Shown: positions 34,743-44,125 of the stretch, piece by piece | Layout: every line of letters begins with the position of its first letter | Numbering within the stretch: the stretch's first letter is position 1 | Source: an archaeon | GTDB lineage: Archaea > Aenigmatarchaeota > Aenigmatarchaeia > GW2011-AR5 | Direction: 5' to 3' | DNA length: 44,573 nt | Assembly (NCBI GenBank): GCA_016191585.1 | Contig: JACPVU010000018.1 | Location: 1-44,573 of the forward strand | Notes under the pieces: model-generated | Seen by the model: only the letters and a program-made list of their open reading frames with translations | Told to the model about the DNA's origin: nothing | Databases searched by the model: none | Made by a program: the position numbers and the translations under genes

Positions 34743-36395
34743 ATGCAATTCGCAGAACTTGTAAGACTTTATAAGAACCTGGAAGGGACTACAAAGAAGC
34801 TCGAGAAGACAAAGATACTTGCGGGTTTCTACAGGGACTGCGGCGACGACCTTTACAAGGCTGTTGTGCTGTCGATGGGAACCGTTTACCAGAAAGGGGA
34901 ACAGGAATTGGGCGTTGCAGGCGAGATGGTTAAAAGGATCATTGGAAAAGTCACCGGCAACAATGACAAAGATGTTGTTGAAACATTCAAAAAAACAGGC
35001 GACCTCGGCCTGACAGCTGAATACCTGATGAAACATAGAAAACAAAAACCGCTTGCAAGAAAAGATCTTAGCGTTGACATGGTTTTTGACAACCTGAGAA
35101 AGCTGCCTGACATATCGGGCTCAGGCAGCCAGGAAAAGAAAATAGACCTTGTCGGCGAACTGCTTTCTTCTTCAACACCGGAAGAGTCGATTTACATAGT
35201 AAGGATTACCCTTGGCCAGATGAGGACTGGTGTTGCTGCTGGCTTGGTGAGGGATGCAATTGCTTCTGCTTTCAACCAGGAAAAAAAAGAAATAGAACAC
35301 ATGTTCAACCTGCTCGGCGATTACGGTCTGGTAGCTGAAAGGGCAAAAACAGGAAAGTTAAAGACAGAGATACATATCGGCAGGCCTATAAATGTAATGC
35401 TTGCCGAGCGCGGCGGTTCTGACGTGAAAGCTGCCATTGAAACTTTCAAAAATGCGGCTGTCGAGAAAAAATACGATGGATTCCGGACAGAGATACACAA
35501 AAACGGGAATGAAATAAAAGTATTCTCGCGCAGGCTTGAAGACGTGACGAGGCAGTTCCCGGATATAGTGAAAATGGCGCAGAACAGCATAAAAGCAAAA
35601 AAATGCATTATCGATGGAGAAACTTTAGCTGTGAATTCAAAAGGAAAACCAATGCCTTTCCAGCATTTGTCGAGAAGAATACAGAGAAAGTACGACATAG
35701 AAAAAACCGTCAAGGAAATTCCGATACAGGTCAATTTATTCGATGTTATTTATCTAGAAGGCGAGAACTGCATGAACCTTCCGCTCAGGGAAAGGTGGCT
35801 GATGCTGAAAAAGATCGTGAAGGAAACGGAGAATTTTAAGCTGGCCGAACACCTGGAGACAAATGACGTAAAAGAAGCTGAAAAGTTCTACCAGAATGCA
35901 TTAAGGGCTGGCGAGGAAGGAATTATTGTTAAAAATATGGATGCACACTACCAGCCAGGCCGTCGTGTTGGTTTCTGGCTGAAAGTCAAGCCGATAATGG
36001 AGCCTCTTGACCTGATTGTGACGGGCGCTGAATGGGGCGAAGGAAAAAGAGCCAACTGGTTTTCTTCAGTCCTCTTAGCATGCAGAAACGGGAGCAAACT
36101 CTTGGAAACGGGAAAGATGGCGTCCGGATTCACTGAAGACCAGCTGGAAGAACTGACAAAGAAGCTGAAAGGACTGATAGTTGAAACGCACGGCAAAGAA
36201 GTGAAGGTAAAACCGGAAGTTGTGATAGAAATCGGATACGAGGAAATACAGGAATCCTCAAAATACCCTTCTGGATATGCATTGCGATTCCCGAGGTTAT
36301 TACGGCTTCGTGAAGAGGAAAAAACAGTAAAAGACATCGACACCGTGCAGACGATAAAGAAACTCTATGACATGCAGAGAGGTAGAAAGAAGTGA
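34743..36395 (+). CDS. lig: ATP-dependent DNA ligase
   Basis: Adenylation motif I 'EKKYDGFR', 'DGETLAV', 'EGIIVK', 'WLKVKP', and 550 aa in length. Confidence 0.95.
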   Translation: MQFAELVRLYKNLEGTTKKLEKTKILAGFYRDCGDDLYKAVVLSMGTVYQKGEQELGVAGEMVKRIIGKVTGNNDKDVVETFKKTGDLGLTAEYLMKHRKQKPLARKDLSVDMVFDNLRKLPDISGSGSQEKKIDLVGELLSSSTPEESIYIVRITLGQMRTGVAAGLVRDAIASAFNQEKKEIEHMFNLLGDYGLVAERAKTGKLKTEIHIGRPINVMLAERGGSDVKAAIETFKNAAVEKKYDGFRTEIHKNGNEIKVFSRRLEDVTRQFPDIVKMAQNSIKAKKCIIDGETLAVNSKGKPMPFQHLSRRIQRKYDIEKTVKEIPIQVNLFDVIYLEGENCMNLPLRERWLMLKKIVKETENFKLAEHLETNDVKEAEKFYQNALRAGEEGIIVKNMDAHYQPGRRVGFWLKVKPIMEPLDLIVTGAEWGEGKRANWFSSVLLACRNGSKLLETGKMASGFTEDQLEELTKKLKGLIVETHGKEVKVKPEVVIEIGYEEIQESSKYPSGYALRFPRLLRLREEEKTVKDIDTVQTIKKLYDMQRGRKK

Positions 36396-37327
36396 ATAGC
36401 AACATGATTCTTGTAACGCCGTACTGTGATCCCGACCTGGATGGGACAGCGTGCGCCTTCGCGTACACTGAGTTTCTACAAAAAACAGGCCGGCATGCAA
36501 TTGCCGGAATTTTTGGTAATGTACATAAAGAAACAGAATTTGTGATGAAGACATTCAATATAAACAAAATTACCAACGCTGAAAAACTGATAGATAATTG
36601 TAAAAATATTATACTGGTCGACGCCAGCGACATTTCTGGAATATCCAAGAAAATCAAGACAAAAAATGTAACAGAAATAATAGACCATAGAAAGGTAAAC
36701 GAAGCAGAAAAATTTCCAAATGCAAAAATTCAAATAGAATTTGTCGGGGCTGCTGCGACACTTATTGCAGAAAAATTCTATAAAAACAAATTAGACGTAT
36801 CAAAAAAATCCGCTGCTTTGCTCTTTTCTGCCATCGTATCAAACACGATAAATTTCAAGGCAAACGTGACAACGGACCGTGATGTTAAGATGGCAAAGTG
36901 GTTAAAGAAAAAATCGTGCATACAAAAAAATTACATTCGCGATATGTTTTTGCATAAGTCAAAGCTTTCCGGATCATTGAAAAAATATATAATTCATGAC
37001 TTTGCCGCATTTAATTTTGGATCGAGGTCCATAGGTATAGCACAGATGGAACTTATTGACGTTGAAAAATTCTTACAAGCCAAAAACATCCAGATAGGAA
37101 AAATACTTGACAAAATAAAAAAAGAAAATAGACTTGATATAATATTTCTTACGTGCATTGATGTAGAAAGATGTTACAATGGATTTGTCGCCATAGATAA
37201 TAATTCCAAGCAAATTTTGACGGAATCGTTAAAAATAAGATTCAACAAAAATATAGCAAAAAGAAAAGGCATAATCATGAGGAAAGAAATAGTGCCTCTG
37301 ATCAAGAATCATCTGGAGAAGAAATAA
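36392..37327 (+). CDS. DHH/DHHA2-family phosphoesterase (family II inorganic pyrophosphatase-like)
   Basis: 'LVTPYCDPDLDGTACAFAY', 'ILVDASD' and 'IIDHRK' are DHH motifs I-III. About 310 aa. Confidence 0.7.
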   Translation: MNSNMILVTPYCDPDLDGTACAFAYTEFLQKTGRHAIAGIFGNVHKETEFVMKTFNINKITNAEKLIDNCKNIILVDASDISGISKKIKTKNVTEIIDHRKVNEAEKFPNAKIQIEFVGAAATLIAEKFYKNKLDVSKKSAALLFSAIVSNTINFKANVTTDRDVKMAKWLKKKSCIQKNYIRDMFLHKSKLSGSLKKYIIHDFAAFNFGSRSIGIAQMELIDVEKFLQAKNIQIGKILDKIKKENRLDIIFLTCIDVERCYNGFVAIDNNSKQILTESLKIRFNKNIAKRKGIIMRKEIVPLIKNHLEKK

Positions 37328-37330
37328 TTT

Positions 37331-38533
37331 CTATTTCAGCGACATCTGTTTTGTGATGTCTTCTTTGACAATAGTGCATGGCGGAACTAACATATTAGGA
37401 CATATTTTCTTGCCAGGCATCACAGTCACGTTGACGCCGAACTTTACGTTGTCGCCAACGATGCTGCCCAACTTAGTGTGACCTGTGTCTACGTTCTGAC
37501 TGTTTATTTTCATGAATATATTTTTTTCATCGAGCCTGAGGTTTGCAAATTTCACGCCAGCTGCAACGTTGCAGTTCCTGCCTATTATTGAATCCCCTAC
37601 GTAAGCAAGATGAGAAACAAAAGTATTGTCCATTATTATCGAGTTTTTTATTTCGACACTCTGACCCACACGACATTTAGCGCCGATCGATGAATACTTA
37701 CGGATGAAACAGTTCGGGCCGAGAATGGTTCCAGGGCCGATTGCTACAGGATATTCTATATGAACACCCGGACGAATCTCTACGTCATTCGATATCATAG
37801 AGCCGAACTCTTCAAGAATAAATTCGTTCACGTCGAGAAGATCCCACGGATAGTTTATCGTTACCCACCTTGATAGTTTGAACGAACAGAAGTCTTCGGT
37901 TTTCATGAGTATTTTTATTGAATCTGTTATCTCATACTCTTTTCTCTGCGATGGTTTTGTCTGTTTAATAGCAGTTAAAATAGATTTGTTGAACAGGTAC
38001 AGTCCGCAGTTGACTGTATTTGATTTGGGATTCTTCGGCTTTTCCACAATGTCTATGACTTTGTTGTCTTTAGTGTAAAGAACGCCAAAATTCTCCGGGT
38101 TCGTTACGTCGAATGAACCTATAGTATTTCCGTCTAATTTTACAAATTTCTTGATATCGTCCTTGTGGATAAAATCATCAGAATTTACGACTATGAAGCG
38201 GTCTTTTATGAATTTCTCCGCCGACTGTATCGCATTGGCAGTGCCTATCTGTTTTTCCTGGACAGCAAATCTCACATTGCTCATGTGCTTGAAATGCTCC
38301 TGAATGTCTTTTTCCTGCTTGCTTACAACAACTATTATGTCGTCTACAAAATCCTGTATCGCGCGTATCGACCATTCGAGAAGCGGTTTATTTGCAATTC
38401 GGAGCATTGGCTTGCTGACTGTTTGTGTCAATGGTAGTAATCTTGTTCCTGCACCTGCTGCTAATATGACTGCCTGCATAATTATCACTGATAAATCTTG
38501 GAAGAAAAAGATTAAAGGGCGAAATCTTTCCAT
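37331..38533 (-). CDS. bifunctional sugar-1-phosphate nucleotidylyltransferase / left-handed beta-helix acyltransferase (archaeal GlmU-like)
   Basis: 'AVILAAGAGTRLLPLTQTVSKPML' is the NTP-transferase G-loop, and the C-terminus has hexapeptide repeats. The probable start is the ATG at 38479 ('MQAVILAAG'). Confidence 0.85.
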   Translation of the reverse strand: MERFRPLIFFFQDLSVIIMQAVILAAGAGTRLLPLTQTVSKPMLRIANKPLLEWSIRAIQDFVDDIIVVVSKQEKDIQEHFKHMSNVRFAVQEKQIGTANAIQSAEKFIKDRFIVVNSDDFIHKDDIKKFVKLDGNTIGSFDVTNPENFGVLYTKDNKVIDIVEKPKNPKSNTVNCGLYLFNKSILTAIKQTKPSQRKEYEITDSIKILMKTEDFCSFKLSRWVTINYPWDLLDVNEFILEEFGSMISNDVEIRPGVHIEYPVAIGPGTILGPNCFIRKYSSIGAKCRVGQSVEIKNSIIMDNTFVSHLAYVGDSIIGRNCNVAAGVKFANLRLDEKNIFMKINSQNVDTGHTKLGSIVGDNVKFGVNVTVMPGKKICPNMLVPPCTIVKEDITKQMSLK

Positions 38534-39024
38534 GTTATATCGAGAGTTTTTACCGATGTTAGTTTGTCCCTTTTCAGTGTCTGATTAAAAACTGCAAAAT
38601 GCAAATGAGGTTCTATTGACCATCCTGTATTTCCGCTCAATCCTATTACTTCCCCTTCTTCTACAATCTGGTTCAGTTTTACACTAATGGAGTCGTGCTT
38701 CAAGTGCCCGTATATTGTATACTCGCCACATTTATGTTCTAGCACGATATAATTTCCAGTATGATCGTTTTCTGGCATTATATCACGACGAGGCTCTTTT
38801 TTACCATCGTAATTTTTTGTTACACCTGTCTCTAGGAAATATATCATGCCATCCATGGCAGCCTTTACAGGAGTCTCTTCGTCACAGAGAAAATCTATAG
38901 CCTTTGTCCAGTCGTAAGCATCGTAATAAATTTTGTGGGCTGGCGATTCTGTTGTTTTGGTATCTTTTATAGAATTTTTGTCAATAGGAAGAGCATAAGA
39001 ATTTGATGACATGAAAATCACCAA
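38512..39024 (-). CDS. M23 (LytM/lysostaphin-type) metallopeptidase domain protein
   Basis: 'AIDFLCDEETPVKAAMDG', 'GNYIVLEHKCGEYTIYGHL' and 'IGLSGNTGWSIEPHLHFAV' are the canonical M23 blocks. No signal peptide is evident. Confidence 0.85.
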   Translation of the reverse strand: MVIFMSSNSYALPIDKNSIKDTKTTESPAHKIYYDAYDWTKAIDFLCDEETPVKAAMDGMIYFLETGVTKNYDGKKEPRRDIMPENDHTGNYIVLEHKCGEYTIYGHLKHDSISVKLNQIVEEGEVIGLSGNTGWSIEPHLHFAVFNQTLKRDKLTSVKTLDITWKDFAL

Positions 39025-39030
39025 GAAGAA

Positions 39031-39948
39031 TCACGATTCTTCTTCCTTGGCCTTTTTCTCGACTTCTTCTTCTATGTCCAATGCTTCGGCCATTTCCTTG
39101 TAGCGGTTGCGGATCGTAACCTCGGTCACGCCGACAACATCCGCGACCTCACGCTGCGTTTTCCTTTCACCCTCCAGCACAGAGGCTATGTAAATTGCAG
39201 CAGCTGCGCAGCCTGTAGGACCCTTGCCAGAAATAACGTCCTTTTCTTTCGCGGTTCTGAGTATCTTTATTGCGTGAACCTGCGTGCGATCTGATAGTTT
39301 AAGCATTGACGAGAATCTCGGTATGTAAGATTCTGCACGAGCAGGCAGGATTCTGATATCGAGCTTTCTGGAAATATATCTATATGTGCGTCCGAGCTCT
39401 CTTTTTCCGATACCGGACGCCTGTGAAATCTCTGTAAGTGTTCTAGGTGTTTCATATTCACGGGAAAGCGCGTACACTAGCGCAGCGATTATTGATTCAA
39501 TAGAACGACCACGAACCAGACTTTTCTGGAGGGCTTTTTCATATAACTTGGCAACCTCTTCGTGTAGTGTTTTTGGAAGGCCTAGAAATGATATTAACCT
39601 CTGCAGCTCACTGAGAGCGAAGCTCATGTTCCTGTCCTTGCTTGTAAGCAGCCTTTTCTGCCACTTACGTATGCGGAAGAACTGGCTTCTTTTTTTAGCA
39701 GGAACTTTGAACAATTCAGTAGTACCTTTTCCTATCTCTGTTGTAAGGCCTTTATCGTGACGTTTATGAGTAAGAGGAGCACCTGTTCTTGCGCGTTTCA
39801 TCTTCTGGTCGTGGTCAAATGCGCGCCATTCCTGGCCAGTATCCACCATCGATTCTTCCATCACAAGACCGCACTTTGCGCATACCATTTCTGCCTTGTC
39901 CGGGTCTCTGTAAAAGTTCTTTGAACCACATTCAGGACATTTATCCAT
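39031..39948 (-). CDS. tfb: transcription initiation factor TFB
   Basis: N-terminal Zn ribbon 'CPECGS...CAKCG', B-reader/linker, two cyclin folds and a C-terminal HTH 'VTEVTIRNRYKE'. Confidence 0.95.
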   Translation of the reverse strand: MDKCPECGSKNFYRDPDKAEMVCAKCGLVMEESMVDTGQEWRAFDHDQKMKRARTGAPLTHKRHDKGLTTEIGKGTTELFKVPAKKRSQFFRIRKWQKRLLTSKDRNMSFALSELQRLISFLGLPKTLHEEVAKLYEKALQKSLVRGRSIESIIAALVYALSREYETPRTLTEISQASGIGKRELGRTYRYISRKLDIRILPARAESYIPRFSSMLKLSDRTQVHAIKILRTAKEKDVISGKGPTGCAAAAIYIASVLEGERKTQREVADVVGVTEVTIRNRYKEMAEALDIEEEVEKKAKEEES

Positions 39949-40336
39949 TATTAATCACCAAAAACCACATTAAAGTCTTTCTTCTGAACAAATTATTGAC
40001 GAAAATTTCTACACACCATTAATCACTTGTACGTGACATAAAAATACACATCCGAACTCAACCATCTATTTATTGCGTAAAGTATTTAAGGATTTCGTTA
40101 TTTTGACCATATGCTTTAAATACATATCTGCATGCCGTTTTTTCATCAATTAAAATGCGTTTATACGGCTTATGACAGTGTTTTATCGATAGCATTGCCG
40201 GCTTTTAGCGTATCAAAAATATTGCCAGTTCAAGGTTTCGTAAGCAGTACCAGGGAGGGCAAATTAAGAAATTGAACAATATACTAGACATCACTTGCAG
40301 GATATATATTATAGAATATATAATATATTGTTCAGA

Positions 40337-40417
40337 TTTATATATCATGGGGGCTACATTCAACCCTATACTAGGGTACTATAGTAATCTTTATATATTA
40401 TGAGGGCTACATTTAAC
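40337..40417 (+). promoter_or_regulatory. tandem duplicated TATA-plus-start module (2 x 28 nt, 53-nt offset)
   Basis: TTTATATATCATGGGGGCTACATTCAAC (40337-40364) versus TTTATATATTATGAGGGCTACATTTAAC (40390-40417) differ by 3 transitions. The second copy ends 1 nt before the ATG at 40419. Confidence 0.6.
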
Positions 40418-40418
40418 T

Positions 40419-41039
40419 ATGGAGACTAAATACTTGCTGAAAAGGCTTGAAGGTATACAAACAATTAACACAGTAATGAATACACTTAGTTTAAGCAGGG
40501 AAAAAGCAATTTATTACATATACCGACTGAGAAAACAGGGATATGTTAAAACGAAGAGATTGAGCAATAATACAAGAGTGTATTATATTTCTTTCGAAAA
40601 TAAACTTCAGGGTTTTGATTATAGGGAGATAATTAATGAGAATTCTCCTGTAAAAGTATCGACTGCTCAAACATACAAGATTTACGGGAAAGAGCCAACT
40701 TTAGAAGAAACACTGATTTATGCCATTAAGACAAAAAGCCTCAGGACAATTCTTGCTGCACTGGCTTTGTTCAGGAAGATCAATAACTGGAGTGAATTGT
40801 ACAGACTAAGCAAAGAAAATCATGTCGAAAGGCAGGTCGGGGCTTTGTATGATTTGGCAAGGAAGATCATGAGAACAAAAAGAATGGCAAAGAGATTCAG
40901 GACTGCTGCTCTTCCAAAGGAGCAATATGATTTTGTTTATATGATACCAGATTTGAAATCCAAGGATTTTGTAGACATCGAAAAAACATGGAAAGTTTAC
41001 TTGCCATTTAATCAGAGAGATCTGGAGGATTACAAATGA
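40419..41039 (+). CDS. winged-helix (AbiEi-like) putative regulator/antitoxin
   Basis: N-terminal wHTH 'LSLSREKAIYYIYRLRKQGYVKTKR'. The stop overlaps the start of the nucleotidyltransferase gene (ATGA). Confidence 0.5.
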   Translation: METKYLLKRLEGIQTINTVMNTLSLSREKAIYYIYRLRKQGYVKTKRLSNNTRVYYISFENKLQGFDYREIINENSPVKVSTAQTYKIYGKEPTLEETLIYAIKTKSLRTILAALALFRKINNWSELYRLSKENHVERQVGALYDLARKIMRTKRMAKRFRTAALPKEQYDFVYMIPDLKSKDFVDIEKTWKVYLPFNQRDLEDYK

Positions 41040-41682
41040 TAACATTAGAAGAACAGCAGAAATTATTCCTTGTTATATCAAGAAACCTGAAGAAAAAGAT
41101 GACCGTATACGCAGTAGGCGGCACTGCAATGACATTTCTTGGCATTAAAGATACTACACTCGACATAGATATTGTCTTTGAATCCGACGACAACAAAGAA
41201 GCATTCAAGGACGCTATTAAATCAATTGGATACCAACCAAAAGATTCCACTGTTGTTTATGGCGTTAAGAGAGATCTTCCAGAAATGTTCATTTTGGGTG
41301 ACAATAGATTTGATTTATTCGTGGTTAATGTCATAGACTTTATATTTTCAGAAAAGATGAGAGAAAGGGCTGCCAGATACACCAGTACGATGATAATTTA
41401 ATACTGAGAGTTGCCGACCTGCACGATATTATTCTTATGAAATGTGCGACAGACAGGCTGAAGGACAAGGATGATGTCAGAAAGATAATAGAAAGCCTAG
41501 AAATCAACTGGGATATAATAATCGACGAGGCCGATAACCAGATCGCGCTGGGAAGGAAGAGGGCTATATTTGATCTCGGCTGTTTCTTAGAGGAACTGCG
41601 AGAGAAAATGAATGTAGATAAAATACCTAAATCCGTTGTGGACAGGATAGTTGAGAAATTCAATAATAGACGTAATGAATAG
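41036..41682 (+). pseudogene. minimal nucleotidyltransferase (AbiEii/DUF6036-like) split by a frameshift
   Basis: ORF 41036..41401 has the 'VYAVGGTAMTFLGIKDTTLDIDIVF' NTase G-x and DxD motifs. The C-terminal half '...YDDNLILRVADLHDIILMKCATDRLKDKDD' continues in another frame (open from about 41341 to 41682). The frames switch near 41365-41395. Confidence 0.6.
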
Positions 41683-41846
41683 TATAACTCCATTTTTCAG
41701 GCGCATATTAATGGACAGCGCGGAAACCTGTCTGCGAAACCGGCCTTAACCTACATTTGAGTGAACTCGTTTTTGTGCAGATCAGAGCTTTTGTGCAAAG
41801 CCTGCCAACAATAAAGAATAAGTATGCATGTAGAGAATAGTTCAAT

Positions 41847-42050
41847 ATGTTGTCAGTTCTCGCTTTTGAAAGGCTCGCGAAAAAGGTCGGTATCAAGAGA
41901 ATATCCAAGGACGCTCTTGAGGAAATAAGAGATATAGTAACAGAAGAGGGCATCGACATCGCAGAGCGGGCGTTCAAGATAAGCAAGCACGCCAACAGGA
42001 AGACTGTCATGCTCGACGATGTGAAATTTGTCATGAGACACGAGAAATAA
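41847..42050 (+). CDS. archaeal histone (HMf-like histone fold)
   Basis: 67 aa. 'FERLAKKVGIKRISKDALEEIRDIVTEEGIDIAERAFKISKHANRKTVMLDDV' has the histone-fold pattern, including the 'KHA.RKT' motif. Confidence 0.85.
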   Translation: MLSVLAFERLAKKVGIKRISKDALEEIRDIVTEEGIDIAERAFKISKHANRKTVMLDDVKFVMRHEK

Positions 42051-42087
42051 AAAACCGGTTTTAATACTTTTTTGTCATATTTAGCGA

Positions 42088-42336
42088 ATGGCAAAGAGAA
42101 GAATCAGAAGAAAGAAATTTGAGTGTGGCCATAAGGGGTTGGGCCAGTACTGCCACAGTTGCTACAATCCTGATTGGGGCGGAAAAAAATACATGCGAAT
42201 AGAACAGGGCGACCGCGCCACGTACGAAAAAACACACAACGACAACAAATATGGTCCTTTTTCATTCACTATTGATTTACCTAAAAAGAAACAATTTGAT
42301 GGCTATATTGATATTGATACAATAGGATCCACGTAA
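42088..42336 (+). CDS. small basic Cys/His-containing protein (hypothetical)
   Basis: 'MAKRRIRRKKFECGHKGLGQYCHSCYNPDW' may be a metal-binding knuckle. No family recognised. Confidence 0.4.
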   Translation: MAKRRIRRKKFECGHKGLGQYCHSCYNPDWGGKKYMRIEQGDRATYEKTHNDNKYGPFSFTIDLPKKKQFDGYIDIDTIGST

Positions 42337-42341
42337 AGAAT

Positions 42342-42731
42342 TTACTTCTTGTTCTTGATCATAACATACTTGCCAAAAGACCAGACCAGTACTTCGTCGC
42401 CTTCTGACAACTGGCCTTTCAGATCTTCAGGCACACGGACCTCTGACGTCTCATAAGTTGTCAGATCCATAAGCTGTACGTTGTCGCCTGATAATGCAAG
42501 GACCTGTGCTGTTTTTTTGTCGACGACAGGCACGTCTACTTTTGAGTCGCCTGGCTTGACTATGATCTTTTTTATATTATCAAAAATACCGCTTGCAAAC
42601 AGACGGGCTTTTGCAGCGCCGTGCTTTCCGGACTTGCTTTTCTGCACCTTGACAACCCGCATAGGTATGTCGTCGATGAGAACAAATCCGCCTGGCTTGA
42701 GGTTCTTTATTTCCACTGAATGTTTTTCCAT
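42342..42731 (-). CDS. eif5a: translation initiation factor 5A
   Basis: Hypusination loop 'KSKSGKHGAAKARL'. 129 aa, with an SH3-like domain followed by an OB domain. Confidence 0.95.
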   Translation of the reverse strand: MEKHSVEIKNLKPGGFVLIDDIPMRVVKVQKSKSGKHGAAKARLFASGIFDNIKKIIVKPGDSKVDVPVVDKKTAQVLALSGDNVQLMDLTTYETSEVRVPEDLKGQLSEGDEVLVWSFGKYVMIKNKK

Positions 42732-42809
42732 TTTTACACCAATTTTTTAATTGTTTGCGAATTACTTATTGAGATTTCAGATATTTATAATGAAGATACA
42801 TTATTTTTT

Positions 42810-43190
42810 CTACGTATTCCTGAATTTTCCCCTGTTTGTTATGTTCCTGTGGGTTTTCACTGCTGCGTCTATGGTGTTTCTTATATGCTTCCTGGCTTTC
42901 TCCCTTTCCTCGCTGATGCGCCTGTGCAGTATGCTGCCGATGATAGTCAATGTAACTATGCCTACAGACACACCGGCTATTGCGTAAAAGACCGTGAACA
43001 GTTTTGAAAATGATGTTGTAGGATGCATGTCGCCGTAGCCTATTGTCATGACAGTAATGCTTGAGAAGTAGAACGAATCAGTGTACGACCACTGCTCAAT
43101 ATTATGATAAGCAACAGTGCCGACAGCAACTATCAGTATCATGGTCGATACAGATATCAAGATTTCATACAAGCGGCGCATTCCAATCAA
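42810..43190 (-). CDS. minimal two-TM potassium channel (KcsA-like pore, no RCK domain)
   Basis: Selectivity filter 'TVMTIGYGDMHP' flanked by two TM helices. About 120 aa. Confidence 0.85.
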   Translation of the reverse strand: MIGMRRLYEILISVSTMILIVAVGTVAYHNIEQWSYTDSFYFSSITVMTIGYGDMHPTTSFSKLFTVFYAIAGVSVGIVTLTIIGSILHRRISEEREKARKHIRNTIDAAVKTHRNITNRGKFRNT

Positions 43191-43319
43191 TTATGTACAG
43201 TATTATAAATACGTTTAACAGTTGTCAAGGACCACCGTATTTATACTGTGGCTTGTTGAGACATATGTATCCTTGGTCATCCTGCATTCCACTTTCAACC
43301 ACTGTTTTGAAACAGTGGA

Positions 43320-43940
43320 ATGCAAGATTTCAATACGTTAATAAAAACCCGGATACAAGTCTTATACATGAATCCCAATTTTCTGAACATAAGAACGAAA
43401 AAATACAGCCAGCAGGTGAGGCTTCTCAACTTTCTGATAAGACTCAATATATTCGCGATACCCTTGTACGTAATACTTGTTCTTGGACTGACACTGCCGT
43501 GGCTGCAGAGCACTGTAACGGAAATAACTTATTATCTACTGAATGCAGCAGGAATGCATCCTTCTGTGAGCGGGTTTCTGATATCGATACCAATACAGGA
43601 CGGAACGTGGGCAGCTGCAATAACGTGGGACTGCACGGCTTGGAAGAGCATGCTAGCATTCTTCGCATTGGTCATGGCAACCGACTATGAACTGAGAAAA
43701 AAACGGAACGGACTTGCAGTTTTCATACCGCTGATATTTGCAGTGAACATAGTAAGGATATTCTTCATGTTCTTCTATGTGAAGACTTTCGACCTTGCAA
43801 ACTATTCCTTTGTCCATACTGTTGTCTGGAGCTGGGGAATGATAATAGTTATTCTTGTTTTCTGGATAGCGTGGCTGAAGTTAATGACAAAAAGAAGCCG
43901 CAAAAAGAGTAGAAGATACCATCAACTTAATGGGCATTAG
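43320..43940 (+). CDS. small exosortase/archaeosortase-family protein
   Basis: Conserved Cys ('ITWDCTAWKSML'), Arg ('VNIVRIFF') and His ('FVHTVVWSWG') lie in successive TM segments. The likely start is the ATG at 43368. Confidence 0.65.
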   Translation: MQDFNTLIKTRIQVLYMNPNFLNIRTKKYSQQVRLLNFLIRLNIFAIPLYVILVLGLTLPWLQSTVTEITYYLLNAAGMHPSVSGFLISIPIQDGTWAAAITWDCTAWKSMLAFFALVMATDYELRKKRNGLAVFIPLIFAVNIVRIFFMFFYVKTFDLANYSFVHTVVWSWGMIIVILVFWIAWLKLMTKRSRKKSRRYHQLNGH

Positions 43941-44125
43941 CCGTTATTAATGTCCAGAAACATCTACTAAAACAGACCGACGCAATTTGTGCGTCTTTTT
44001 GCTTGATAATAGCTGGTAAATTGACGATATCGACGCAGAAAAACAAATATATAGTGATACGACAAAATAAGATAATAAGTAATTTGAGAGAACTAGGCAC
44101 ACAACTTAGTTAAGGTGAGTAATCT

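Noticed and set aside
40020-40418. A replication origin in the 470-nt AT-rich gap next to tfb, with direct repeats containing a G-run.
   Set aside because: There is no orc1/cdc6 gene adjacent. The repeats do not resemble ORB or mini-ORB dyads as I recall them, and they are better explained as duplicated TATA/start modules for the downstream gene.
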